From NCBI GenBank assembly GCA_047602405.1, contig JASGHJ010000002.1:1024001-1088000 (forward strand): a stretch of 64,000 nucleotides of DNA, written 5' to 3'. The notes below the pieces were generated by a model. The model saw only the letters and a program-made list of their open reading frames with translations, ran no database searches and had not been told where the DNA came from. The position numbers were made by a program, and so were the translations under genes. Each line of letters begins with the position of its first letter. Position 1 is the stretch's first letter. This document shows, piece by piece, positions 41,348-51,264 of this stretch. This DNA comes from Anaeromyxobacteraceae bacterium. Lineage in GTDB: Bacteria; Myxococcota; Myxococcia; Myxococcales; Anaeromyxobacteraceae.

Positions 41348-42381
41348 GCCCGGAGGTGGAGGTCGTCTCGCAGGAGCGGCGGCCGGAGCCGCCGCCGCGG
41401 CCGGCGCTCGCCGCGCCGCTGCGCGTGGTCGCGTTCGGGGGCGGCACCGGCCTGCCGCGCGTGCTCGCGGGCCTCCTCCGGCTCCGGCCCGCCGGCGGCG
41501 GGCCCACGCCCGGGGTGGGCGAGGAGGAGCTCACCGGCGGCCCGCCGCTCGCGATCACCGCGGTCGTCGCCGCCTCCGACGACGGCGGCAGCTCGGGCGC
41601 GCTCCGCCGGGCGTTCGGCGTGCCCGCGCCCGGCGACGCGCGGAACTGCCTCGTCGCGCTCGCGGGGCCAGGGAGCCCGCTCGCAGGGGTCTTCCAGCAC
41701 CGCTTCGAGGGCGAGGCGGGGCTCGCGGGGCACCCGGTGGGCAACCTCGTCCTCACCGCGCTGGCGCAGCGGCTGGGCGACTTCGGGGCCGCGGTCGACG
41801 CCGCGGCGGCGCTGCTCGGCGCCCGGGGGCGGGTGGTCCCCGCGACGCATGCGCCGGCCGCGCTCGTGGGCGAGCTCGCCGACGGCACGGAGGTCGCGGG
41901 CGAGTCCGCGCTCGCCGGGGCCGGGATCCCGGTGTCGCGGGTGCGGCTCGCGCGGGCCGCCGCGGCGCCGGCGGCGGTGCTGGAGGCGCTCGCCGAGGCC
42001 GACCTCGTCGTGCTCGGGCCGGGGAGCCTCTACTCGAGCGTCCTCGCGAGCGCGCTCGCGGACGGCGTCGCGCGGGCCCTCGCCGAGACGCCCGCGACGC
42101 GCGTGCTCGTCGTGAACCTCGCCTGCGAGCGCGGCGAGGCCGCGGGGCTCTCGCCCGCCGGGCACGTGCGCGCGGTGCTGCGGCACCTCGGCGACGCCGT
42201 CGACGTCGCGCTCCTCGACCGGAGCACGGTCGGCCCCGCGGAGCGCGCCGCCGTGGAGGCCCTCGGGGTGGTGCCGGTCACGGCCGAGCTGCTCCCCGAC
42301 GCGGCGGATCCCGCGCAGGCCGGGCTGCACGACCCCGCGAAGCTCGCCCGCGCGCTCCTCCGGCTCGCGCGGGTCAGGTGA
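41344..42381 (+). CDS. exoF: YvcK/CofD-family protein (ExoF-like)
   Basis: VAFGGGTG, SDDGGSSG.LR, PGD.RNCL, GHPVGNL, LGPGSLYSS, HDPAKLA. Confidence 0.88.
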   Translation: MSPEVEVVSQERRPEPPPRPALAAPLRVVAFGGGTGLPRVLAGLLRLRPAGGGPTPGVGEEELTGGPPLAITAVVAASDDGGSSGALRRAFGVPAPGDARNCLVALAGPGSPLAGVFQHRFEGEAGLAGHPVGNLVLTALAQRLGDFGAAVDAAAALLGARGRVVPATHAPAALVGELADGTEVAGESALAGAGIPVSRVRLARAAAAPAAVLEALAEADLVVLGPGSLYSSVLASALADGVARALAETPATRVLVVNLACERGEAAGLSPAGHVRAVLRHLGDAVDVALLDRSTVGPAERAAVEALGVVPVTAELLPDAADPAQAGLHDPAKLARALLRLARVR

Positions 42382-43550
42382 CCTCGATGATCACGACGAC
42401 GATGAGCACCGAGGCCCGCGTCCTGCCGCTCCGGGCCGCCTACGCGGTCGAGGAGGTCCACGGCCGGGACGCCTTCGAGCGCCTGCGCCCGGAGTGGGAC
42501 GCCGCCGTCTCCCGGGGGCCGGCCGACCTCCCGTTCACGCGGCACGCGTTCCTCTCGGCGTGGCTCGAGGCGTTCGCGCCGCGCGAGCCGCTGCTCGTGC
42601 TGGTCGCGCGGGACGTCCGCGGCGCCGCCGCCGGGTTCGCGCCGTTCCTCGAGGTGCGGCGGCCGGGCGCCTCATGGCTCGTCGCGCCCGCGAACGATCA
42701 CTCGAACCGCTTCGAGTGGGCCCTCGGCCGGGACGCCTCCGGCGCGGCCGGTGCGCTCTGGGCCCACCTCAGGGACCGCCTGGCGTGGGACGCGCTCGTG
42801 CTCCGCGACGTCCGGCGCGACGGGCCGACCTCCACGCTCCTCGAGCCGCTCGCCCGGGCGGACGGCCACCCCACCGGGCGCTGGGCGTCGCTCGACTCGC
42901 CGGTGGTGGCGCTCGGCCCCGGCCCCGGCGCCCTCGAGGGCCGCCTCGACGCCAAGTTCCGCGCGAACCTGCGGCGGCGGGCCCGGCGGCTCGCCGAGCG
43001 CGGGGCGCTCGCGGTGCGCCGCACGGACGGCGAGCCCGGCCTCGCCGAGGCGCTCGCCGACTTCCTTGAGATCGAGGGCTCCGGCTGGAAGGGGCGGGGC
43101 GGCACCGCGGTGGCCGCGGACCCGCGGCTCGTCGGGTTCTACGTGCGGCTCGCCCGCGACGCCGCCGGGGCGGGCGCGCTCCGGATCCGGACGCTCACGC
43201 TCGACGGCCGCGCGATCGCGGTGCACCTCGGCCTCGAGCACCTCGGCGTGCGCTACCTGCCGAAGACCGGCTACGACGAGGCGCTCGCCGCGCTCGGCCC
43301 CGGCCAGCTCCTCACCGGGGAGGTCCTCGCGGAGTGCGAGGCGCGCGGGCTCGCCAGCTTCGACTTCCTGGGGCCCGACATGCCGTGGAAGCGGGAGTGG
43401 TCGACCGGGTCGGTGCCCCATGACTGGCTCTACGTCTATCGGCCCTCGTGGCGCGGCCGCGCGATGCACAGCGTGAAGCACCGCCTGATCCCCGCCGCGA
43501 AGCGGGCCAGGCGAGCGCTCGGGGAGACGATCCGGTGGCCCTCGCGATGA
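42378..43550 (+). CDS. exoG: GNAT N-acetyltransferase, CelD/BcsL-like (ExoG-like)
   Basis: PF....FL.AW, KFRANLRRR.RRL, EGSGWKG, KTGYDE...GPG.LL, FDFLG....K..W. Start 42378-42402. Confidence 0.82.
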   Translation: MTSMITTTMSTEARVLPLRAAYAVEEVHGRDAFERLRPEWDAAVSRGPADLPFTRHAFLSAWLEAFAPREPLLVLVARDVRGAAAGFAPFLEVRRPGASWLVAPANDHSNRFEWALGRDASGAAGALWAHLRDRLAWDALVLRDVRRDGPTSTLLEPLARADGHPTGRWASLDSPVVALGPGPGALEGRLDAKFRANLRRRARRLAERGALAVRRTDGEPGLAEALADFLEIEGSGWKGRGGTAVAADPRLVGFYVRLARDAAGAGALRIRTLTLDGRAIAVHLGLEHLGVRYLPKTGYDEALAALGPGQLLTGEVLAECEARGLASFDFLGPDMPWKREWSTGSVPHDWLYVYRPSWRGRAMHSVKHRLIPAAKRARRALGETIRWPSR

Positions 43551-44719
43551 CCCTCTCGCTCCCGGCGCCGGCCTGGCCCGGCACGCCCGGCCCGGTGCGC
43601 CGCTTCGTGCCCGCCATGCCGACCCTCTGGCCGGCCATGCTCTCGCCGGGCGGGCAGGCGACCACGTTCCCCTTCGGCGCGCCGCGCGCGACCTTCTACT
43701 ACCTGGCCCGGAACGCGCTCTTCCACGGCGCCCGCCTGCTCGGCCTCGAGGGCGCCGAGGTGCTCGTGCCCGCCTACCACCACGGCGTGGAGGTGGGGGC
43801 GCTCGTCGCGGCCGGGGCGACGCCGGTGTTCGTCCGGGTGGACGGCGCCATGCGGCTCGACCTCGAGGACGCCGAGCGGCGGATCGGGCCCCGCACCCGC
43901 GCGCTCCACGTCATCCACTACGCCGGCTTCGCCCAGCCCATGGCGGACGTGCTGGCGCTCGCCCGGCGGCGCGGCCTCAAGGTCATCGAGGACTGCGCGC
44001 TCTCGCTCTTCGCCTCGGAGGACGGCCGGCCGCTCGGCTCGAGCGGGGACCTCGCGATCTTCTGCCTCTACAAGACGCTCCCGGTGCCGAACGGGGGTGC
44101 CCTCGTGGTGAACGACCCGGCGCTGCCGGCGGTCGCACGCCCGCAGGGCGCGCCGCTCGTCTCGACGCTCTCCCACGCCACCGGCTCGCTCCTGCAGAAC
44201 CTGGCGCTCCGGCTCGGGCCGCCCGGCGAGGCGCTCCGCGGCGCGGCCCGACGCGGGTACGCCGCCGTGCGCGGCGCGAGCGGCCTCAGGCCCGTCTCGA
44301 CCGGCACCATGGACTTCGACCCGGCGCACGTGGACCTCGGCATGAGCCGGCTCTCCTGGCGCATCGCCCGGCACACCGACGCCGGCGGCATCGTCCGGGC
44401 GCGGCGGCGGAACTTCGCGTTGCTCCTGGCGCGCCTGCGCGACGTCTCGCCCCCGGTGCACGAGGTGCTGCCCCGGGGCGCCTCGCCGCTCTTCTACCCG
44501 CTCGTCTGCCCCGACAAGGCGCGCGTCGCCGCCCGGCTCGCGGCGGCCGGCATCGAGACCGTCGACTTCTGGGATCGCGGCCACCCGCTCTGCCGGGAGG
44601 AGGACTTCCCGGAGGTCGCGCGCCTCCGCCGCCACGTGCTCGAGCTGCCCTGCCACCAGGACCTCGGTCCCGAGGACATGTCCTGGGTCGCGCGCTGCGC
44701 CCGGGAGGCGCTGCGGTGA
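43547..44719 (+). CDS. exoH: DegT/DnrJ/EryC1/StrS PLP-dependent aminotransferase-like protein (ExoH-like)
   Basis: EVLVPAY, HVIHYAG, VIEDCA, FCLYKTLPVPNGG, LELPCHQDL. Confidence 0.85.
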   Translation: MTLSLPAPAWPGTPGPVRRFVPAMPTLWPAMLSPGGQATTFPFGAPRATFYYLARNALFHGARLLGLEGAEVLVPAYHHGVEVGALVAAGATPVFVRVDGAMRLDLEDAERRIGPRTRALHVIHYAGFAQPMADVLALARRRGLKVIEDCALSLFASEDGRPLGSSGDLAIFCLYKTLPVPNGGALVVNDPALPAVARPQGAPLVSTLSHATGSLLQNLALRLGPPGEALRGAARRGYAAVRGASGLRPVSTGTMDFDPAHVDLGMSRLSWRIARHTDAGGIVRARRRNFALLLARLRDVSPPVHEVLPRGASPLFYPLVCPDKARVAARLAAAGIETVDFWDRGHPLCREEDFPEVARLRRHVLELPCHQDLGPEDMSWVARCAREALR

Positions 44720-45945
44720 GGCGGGACCTCCTCCGCACGGGCCAGGGGCTGCGCATCGAGGAGCACCGCGAGGGCGGGCGGCTCGACGCGCTCGGCGACG
44801 CCTGGCGCCGGCTCTTCGCCGACGCGGGCGAGCCGGTGCCGTTCCTCTCCTGGGAGTGGCTCTCGACCTTCCGCCGCCGGCTCGCGCCGCGCGCCGCGAC
44901 CTGGACGCTCGAGGCCTGGGACGGGGACCGCCTCGCGGGCGCGCTCGCGCTCGTGGCCCGGCCCGCGCTCGGCGGCGGGCGCCGGTGGCAGCTCCTCGGG
45001 AACGGGCTCGCCGGCGCGGACCGCCTCGACGTGCTGGCGCGCCCGGACGTCGCCGCGGAGGTGCGGGCGGCGTTCGCGGGGATCCTGGCGCGCGGGGCGT
45101 GGGACGCGCTCGACCTCGAGGACCTGCCCTGCGGGTCGCCGACGGTGGGGGCGCTCCGGGCGGCCTTCCTGGGGGCCGGGGCGCGCGTGGACGTGGAGCG
45201 GGGCTTCACCTGCCCCGGGTTCGCCGTCCAGGGCACCTGGGAGGCCCACGCGCGGCGCATCGGCCGGCGCGAGACCTTCGGCCGCCGCGTGCGCTGGCTC
45301 GCGCGCCAGCCCGGCTTCGCGATCGAGGTGGCCGCGCCCGACGAGGTGCCCGCCGCGTTCGAGGACTTCCTGCGCCTGCACCGGCTGCGCTGGTCGGCCG
45401 AGGGCGGCTCGGCGGGGATCCCCGACGGCCCGGTCGCGGACTTCCACCGCGAGGTCGTCGGCCACCTGGCGGCGCGGGGCTGGCTGAGGCTCTACCGGCT
45501 GCGCGTGGGTGACGCGGCCGTCGCGGCCGTCTACGGGGTCGAGTGCGGCCGGCGGTTCTTCTACTACCAGTCGGGCTACGACCCGGCCTGGTCCGCCCGC
45601 TCGCCGGGCATGGTGCTCGTGGGGCGCACGGTCGAGGACGCGTACGCGCGCGGCCTCGTGGACTACGACTTCCTGCGCGGCACCGAGGCCTACAAGCTCG
45701 ACTGGGCGAGCGATCGCCGCGAGACGGTGTCGATCCGCGCCCGGGCGCGCTCGGCGCGCGGCGGCGTGGCGTGGGCGGTGGAGCGCGCGGCGGGGCCGGC
45801 CCGGGCGGCGGCGCGGGCGGTGGCGCCGGCGGGGCTGTGGGCCGCGCTCTCCCGGGCGCGGCGGCGGGTCGAGGCCCGCGCGGTGGCGCGGCAGGCGGCG
45901 TCCGCGGAGGCGGGCGCGGGAGGCGGCGATGGCGGGATCGGGTGA
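44716..45945 (+). CDS. exoI: GNAT N-acetyltransferase, CelD/BcsL-like (ExoI-like)
   Basis: PFLSWEW, LH.LRW, YYQSGYDP....SPG.VL, YDFLRGTEAYK..W. Confidence 0.82.
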   Translation: MRRDLLRTGQGLRIEEHREGGRLDALGDAWRRLFADAGEPVPFLSWEWLSTFRRRLAPRAATWTLEAWDGDRLAGALALVARPALGGGRRWQLLGNGLAGADRLDVLARPDVAAEVRAAFAGILARGAWDALDLEDLPCGSPTVGALRAAFLGAGARVDVERGFTCPGFAVQGTWEAHARRIGRRETFGRRVRWLARQPGFAIEVAAPDEVPAAFEDFLRLHRLRWSAEGGSAGIPDGPVADFHREVVGHLAARGWLRLYRLRVGDAAVAAVYGVECGRRFFYYQSGYDPAWSARSPGMVLVGRTVEDAYARGLVDYDFLRGTEAYKLDWASDRRETVSIRARARSARGGVAWAVERAAGPARAAARAVAPAGLWAALSRARRRVEARAVARQAASAEAGAGGGDGGIG

Positions 45946-47103
45946 GCCGGGGACGCGCTGGTTCTTCCGGCGCGCGGTGAAGGTCGCGACCGCGGGGGCC
46001 CTCGTCGGGCTCGGCGCGCGGCACGCCGTGCGCGCGTGGCAGCGGCGGCGGGTCGGCGGGGTGCGGGTGGTGCTGCTCTCGTACCACCGCGCGACGCACG
46101 ACTTCGGCGAGAGCGCGCGGGAGGGGCTCGCCTCGATGTTCGTCTCGCAGGAGACGCTCCGCCGCCACCTCGAGGTCGCCGGCCGGCTGCGCGAGTTCGT
46201 GTCGCTCGCCGACGCGCGCCGGCTCCTCGCGGAGGGCTCGCGGGCCACGGCCCGCGACGTCGTGGTGGTGACCTTCGACGACGGCTACGCAGACAACCAC
46301 CACGTGGCGCTGCCGCTCCTGACGGCGCTCGGCGTGCCGGCCACGTTCTTCCTCGCGACCGGCTACGTCGGCACGAGCCACCGCTTCCCGCACGACCGGC
46401 TCCACGCCGCGCTGCACGAGCTCGTGCGGCGGGGGCTGCCGGCCGAGCGCGCCGGCCTGCCCCCCCGCTGCAGCAGCTCCTCTCGGCCTGCGCCGAGGCG
46501 GTGCCCTCGGCGACGCTCTCGCGCCTCATCGAGCGGCTGCCGCACGACCGGCTCCTCGCGGTCGCCGACGCGCTCGAGCGGCGGCTGAGGCTCCACGAGG
46601 ACGACCTCCCGCTCGACGGCCGCGCGATGACCTGGGACGAGGTGCGCGAGCTCGAGGCGGCCGGGATGGACGTCGCGGGCCACACCGTGAACCACGCGGT
46701 GCTCGCGAACCTGCCGCTCGCCGAGGCGCGGCGCGAGGTGGGGGGCTGCCGCGCGATGCTGGCCGAGCGGCTCGCGCGTCCGCCGCGGCACTTCGCGTAC
46801 CCGAACGGCTACCACACGCCGGTGATGCGCGAGATCGTGCGGGAGGCCGGGTTCGAGGCCGCCGCGACGACCGAGGACCGCGAGAACGTGCGGGGCGGCG
46901 ACGCCTTCGCGCTGCGGCGGAAGGTGCTCTGGGAGAACTCGACGCTCGGGCCGATCTCCTACAGCGAGGCGCTCGCGGCGGTGAGCCTCGACGGCGTGCT
47001 CTCGGCGCTCGGGCTCGCGCGGACCACCTCGGGCGAGCGCCCCGATCCGGCGCCGCCCGCGCTCGCGGAGCAGGCCGCCTCCGAGGCGGCGAGGATGGCC
47101 TGA
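45929..47103 (+). CDS. Polysaccharide deacetylase (ExoL-like); frameshifted in a C7 run at 46460-46466
   Basis: LSYHR, VTFDDGYADN and PATFFL in one frame; MTWDEVREL, AGHTVNH.VL and FAYPNG in the other. Confidence 0.85.
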
Positions 47104-47104
47104 C

Positions 47105-48400
47105 GTGGACGCCGGGATGAACCTCGAGGCGGCGCTCGGTGAGCGGAGCGCCTGGATCGCGCGGGCCGGGGCGCGCTGGAGCGCGCTCGTGCACGCCTCG
47201 GCGCTCGGGTTCGTCGCGATGCTCTACGCGAACCCGATGTACTGGTGGCCCGAGCTCGAGCAGCTCCGGCTCGCCGCGGCGGCGATGGCGCTGTCGGCCG
47301 TCGCGCTCGTGGCCCACCGGATCGTCTCCGGGGAGCGGGTGCGCCTCGGCCTCCCGCAGGCCGGGCCGCTCCTCGCGTACCTCGCCTTCGTGCCGCTCTC
47401 CTTCGCGTGGACCCTCTCGGAGGACGCGACCACCCGGGCGACCGTGGACGCCGCGAAGCTCGCGGTGGTGTTCGTCATCGTCCAGGCCGCGGTGGACGCG
47501 CCGTCGCGCCTCAGGCGCTTCGTGCTCGCCGCCGGCCTCGCGGCGCTCGGCCCCGCCCTCGGGACGCTCTGGGTCTGGAGCGGCGGCGAGCCGCTCGTGG
47601 ACGGCTTCCGGGCGCACTGGCGCGGCCTCTTCGGCGATCCCAACTGGCTCGCCGGCAGCCTCGTCGCCGTCCTGCCGTTCGCGATCCTCGGCGCGTTCGC
47701 CGCCCGCTCCGTCCTCGCCCGGGTGCTCTTCGCCGCCACGGCGGTCCTCCAGGTGGCGGCCATCGTCGGCACCCACTCGCGCTCGGGCGCGGTCGGCGCC
47801 GCGCTCGCGATCGGGCTCGCCGTGCTGCGCGGGACCACCATGGGTCCGCTCCGCAAGGCGGGCCTCGCGCTCGCGACGGTGGCGGCCCTGGTCGCCTTCG
47901 CGCCCGACAGCTTCTGGCAGCGCAGCCGCTCCATCGCCGAGTACGACCAGGACGCCTCGGTGGAGGGCCGCGAGCACGCGTGGTCGGTGCTGCGGGTGAT
48001 CCTGGAGGAGCGCCCGCTCACCGGCGTCGGCGCGGGCGCGTTCCTGCCGAGCTGGGATCGCTACGCCCCGCTCGACGCGGGCGGCCACCGCTACGTGGTC
48101 CACAACCTGTTCTTCGAGATCGTGGGCGAGCTCGGCCTCGTCGCGTTCGGGCTCTTCCTGGCCTTCTGCGCCTGGCTGCTCCGCGCCGTCTGGCGCGCCG
48201 GGGACGACCCGCTCGTCGGCGCGGAGGCGCGGGCCGTCTTCGCCGGCCTGCTCGGCTACCTCGTCGTGGAGATGGTGAACGGTTACTCCGCCTCGTGGTT
48301 CCTGTACGTGCTCTTCGCCTGCGGCGTCGGCGTGGTGCGCCTCGCCCGCGCGCGGGCGAGCGTGGCGCGGGCCTCGGTCATGTCGGAGCCGGCGGGGTAG
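47105..48400 (+). CDS. Wzy/O-antigen ligase family polymerase (ExoJ-like)
   Basis: About 11-12 TM segments; GDPN, THSRSG, S..GR..AW, PLTGVG.G.F, HNLF.EI.GELG. Confidence 0.85.
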   Translation: MDAGMNLEAALGERSAWIARAGARWSALVHASALGFVAMLYANPMYWWPELEQLRLAAAAMALSAVALVAHRIVSGERVRLGLPQAGPLLAYLAFVPLSFAWTLSEDATTRATVDAAKLAVVFVIVQAAVDAPSRLRRFVLAAGLAALGPALGTLWVWSGGEPLVDGFRAHWRGLFGDPNWLAGSLVAVLPFAILGAFAARSVLARVLFAATAVLQVAAIVGTHSRSGAVGAALAIGLAVLRGTTMGPLRKAGLALATVAALVAFAPDSFWQRSRSIAEYDQDASVEGREHAWSVLRVILEERPLTGVGAGAFLPSWDRYAPLDAGGHRYVVHNLFFEIVGELGLVAFGLFLAFCAWLLRAVWRAGDDPLVGAEARAVFAGLLGYLVVEMVNGYSASWFLYVLFACGVGVVRLARARASVARASVMSEPAG

Positions 48401-48443
48401 GGGACGGGGCGCCGCGGCGCGCCTGCCCCCGGCAGGCCCGCGC

Positions 48444-49493
48444 TCAGGCGGAGCGGCCGGCGGCGAGCCCGCGCCGCGCCGCCCGGAGCCGCCCCACCGC
48501 CCGCTCGACCACCCCGAGCACCGCCGCGACGTACCGGTCCGGGGTGAACCGCTGGCGCACCACCTCGCGCGCCCGCGCGCCCATCGCGGCCGCCTCCGCC
48601 GGGTGCGAGAGCGCCCACTCGATGGCCTCCCGCATCGCCCGGGGCTCGCCTGGCGGCACCACGAGCCCCGTGGCCCCGGGCTCGACGTGGTCCCGCACGC
48701 CCATCACGTCCGGCACGATCACGACCTTCCCGAACGCCATCGCGTTCAGGTAGTTCTGCTGCCCCGCGCTCCGCTCCTGGCCCGGCGCGAGCGCGACCAC
48801 CACCACGTCCGCGGCGCGCATCAGCGCCATGTAGTCCGCGGGCGTCACCCGCCCGACCGCCACGTTCGGCGGGGCGTGCGCGGCGAGCTCCGCCGGCAGC
48901 GCGCCGGTCGCGAGCGTCACGCGCGCGGGAAGCCCGCGCGCGGCCTCCACGAGCGGCCGGTAGTCCCGGAGCGAGTCGCCGCCCGCGAACACGCCGCCGC
49001 CGGTCCGCACCGGCGCCGCGAGCTCCTCGTCGCTCGCCGTGAAGTAGAAGGGCGTGTGCTCGACGCGCTCCGGGTCGACGCCCCAGGTGCGCGGGAAGAG
49101 CCGCCGCTCCTCCGACGAGAGCACGCAGTAGGTCGTCCGCGGCGAGTCGATCGCGAGCAGGCCGAGCTTGCACGCGGCCCGGTCGAGCGCGCCGACGCCG
49201 CGCTTCCAGGTGGCGTCCGTCACCACCACCGCGGGCCCGCCGGGCCGCCGGGCGAGCACCGCCGCCGCCCCGAGGTCCGCGACCCGGGTCGCCCCGCCCG
49301 TCGCGCCGTCGATCACCACGGCGTCGTAGCCGCGCGCGAGACCGAGCCGCACGGCGAGCGCGACGGGGCCGTGCGCGCCCCGGTCGAGCACCTCCACCTC
49401 GGTCATCCAGCGCCGGCGGAGCGGCCAGTGAAGCGTGCTGAGGGTCCGTGCCCTCCCGGACGGGTGAGGGACCATGAGGGCGTGCGTCTCCAT
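48444..49493 (-). CDS. Glycosyltransferase (GT4-like)
   Basis: AGGDSLRDY, SAGQ..YLNAMA.GK.VI, G.TGLVVPPG. Start 49475-49493. Confidence 0.8.
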   Translation of the reverse strand: METHALMVPHPSGRARTLSTLHWPLRRRWMTEVEVLDRGAHGPVALAVRLGLARGYDAVVIDGATGGATRVADLGAAAVLARRPGGPAVVVTDATWKRGVGALDRAACKLGLLAIDSPRTTYCVLSSEERRLFPRTWGVDPERVEHTPFYFTASDEELAAPVRTGGGVFAGGDSLRDYRPLVEAARGLPARVTLATGALPAELAAHAPPNVAVGRVTPADYMALMRAADVVVVALAPGQERSAGQQNYLNAMAFGKVVIVPDVMGVRDHVEPGATGLVVPPGEPRAMREAIEWALSHPAEAAAMGARAREVVRQRFTPDRYVAAVLGVVERAVGRLRAARRGLAAGRSA

Positions 49494-49619
49494 GCCGAGA
49501 GGGTGGGCAGGCGAAGGCAGGGGAGGAGGCCCCACCCGGGGGAGCACGGGCGGGGTGGCCCACAACGCCGCACCGGCGCGCCGTGACAGCGCCGGGCGCG
49601 CGTGCTCCCATCCGGCCGG

Positions 49620-50420
49620 ATGCTCTCCGACGGGGCCAGGGTGTGCCGCCACGTGGCGGACGGCGACGCGCCGATCCTGCACGCGCGGCGGGTGGACGAG
49701 GGCGGCGACGCCGACGCGGAGTTCCGCTTCTGGTGCGGTGCCCGCGCGCACGACGCCTGCGAGGACCGGGTGTTCGCGCTCGAGGAGATTGTCGCGCGGG
49801 ACCCGAGCGCGGTGGAGATCGTCCTGCATCCACGCGGCACCGGCCTGGGGCGCGCCGGCCCGCTCGGCCGCTGGCACACCGAGCAGGGCCCGCTGCTCTT
49901 CCCGGCGCTGCCGTCGCGGCGGTTCCCGACGCTCGAGCCGCGCTACCCGCCGCGTCCGAACGAACCCCTCGACGCCGGCGATCTCCTCGTGCTCGCGGAG
50001 GTGGCCGATCACGGCTGGCACGTCGTCCGGCCGGCGCGCGACGCGCAGCCGCTCCTCGCGCACACGGTCGGGCTCTTCCGGAACCAGGACCACCCGGAGC
50101 TGTGCGTCCTCGGGCAGCCGCCGGGCGGCGCGGTCGCGATGCTGGACCGGCTCGCCCGGGAGGTGTTCGCCGGCATGCGCTTCGAGCCCGGTGACCTGCA
50201 CGAGGACCCGGTGACCGGGCGGCGCCTCGCGCTCGTGGCGGTCTCACCGCGGCTGCACGGCGACCTCGTGCCGCTCGCGGTCTGGTACCACGGCGGCGCG
50301 CGGTTCCCGCTCCTGCAGGCGGTCTGGCCGGATCCGGAGGGCCGCTACCCGTGGGAGCGGTGGAGCGAGCCCGGGCTGCGGGGCGACCAGCCCGTGCTGC
50401 TCGACCGGGACCCGGCCTGA
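49620..50420 (+). CDS. DUF4262-domain protein
   Basis: V.DHGW.V, AHTVGL...DHPEL...G, LLQAVWPD..GRYPWE, QPVL; extra N-terminal domain (VCRHV...FWCG..H...EIV.RDPS). Confidence 0.75.
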   Translation: MLSDGARVCRHVADGDAPILHARRVDEGGDADAEFRFWCGARAHDACEDRVFALEEIVARDPSAVEIVLHPRGTGLGRAGPLGRWHTEQGPLLFPALPSRRFPTLEPRYPPRPNEPLDAGDLLVLAEVADHGWHVVRPARDAQPLLAHTVGLFRNQDHPELCVLGQPPGGAVAMLDRLAREVFAGMRFEPGDLHEDPVTGRRLALVAVSPRLHGDLVPLAVWYHGGARFPLLQAVWPDPEGRYPWERWSEPGLRGDQPVLLDRDPA

Positions 50421-50454
50421 GCCGGCGTGGGGAACGCCGGCCCGGCCGTGGCCT

Positions 50455-51264
50455 CTACTTCCCGGCGTCGTAGAACCGCTGGACCGGCGCCTTCGGCAGG
50501 TTCTTCGAGGGCTCCGGCAGCGCCGTCCTCGAGAACGTGCCCTTCAGCACGTCCCGGTTCATCTGCGCGATGACCTCGAGCTTGATGCCGGCCGGGCAGA
50601 CCGCCTCGCACTCGCCGATCGTCGTGCAGTGGCCGAACGCCTCGCGGCGCGCCTGGTCGGTCATCGCGAGCGCGCGGGAGAGGCGCTCGGGCTGGCCCTG
50701 CGGCAGGTTCGCGAGGTGGGTGATCTTCGCGCCGGTGAAGAGCGCGGCCGCCGCGTTCGGGCAGGACGCCACGCAGGCGCCGCAGCCGATGCAGGCCGCC
50801 GCCTCCATGGCCCGGTCCGCGCTCGGCTTCGGGATGAGGATCGAGTTCGCCTCGGCCGCCGAGCCCGCGCGCGTCGAGATGAAGCCGCCCGCGGCGATGA
50901 TGCGGTCGAGGGCGCTCCGGTCGATGACGAGGTCCCGGATCACCGGGAACGCCGCCGCGCGGAACGGCTCGAGCCGGAGCACGTCGCCGTCCTTGAAGTG
51001 GCGCATGTGCAGCTGGCAGACGGTCGCGTTGCGCTGCGGGCCGTGCGCCTCGCCATTGATGAGGAAGCCGCACATGCCGCAGATGCCCTCGCGGCAGTCG
51101 GAGTCGAAGGCGACCGGCTCCTCGCCCTTCGTGACGAGCTGCTGGTTCAGCACGTCCAGCATCTCGAGGAAGGACATGTGCTCGTTCGCGGTGACCTCGT
51201 AGCGCGCGAACTTGCCGGCGTCCCGGGGGTTCTTCTGCCGCCAGATGTCGAGGATGATCCTCAC
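50455..51264 (-). CDS. sdhB: Succinate dehydrogenase/fumarate reductase iron-sulfur subunit
   Basis: [39 protein letters not shown] overlap with sdhA. Confidence 0.95.
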   Translation of the reverse strand: MRIILDIWRQKNPRDAGKFARYEVTANEHMSFLEMLDVLNQQLVTKGEEPVAFDSDCREGICGMCGFLINGEAHGPQRNATVCQLHMRHFKDGDVLRLEPFRAAAFPVIRDLVIDRSALDRIIAAGGFISTRAGSAAEANSILIPKPSADRAMEAAACIGCGACVASCPNAAAALFTGAKITHLANLPQGQPERLSRALAMTDQARREAFGHCTTIGECEAVCPAGIKLEVIAQMNRDVLKGTFSRTALPEPSKNLPKAPVQRFYDAGK

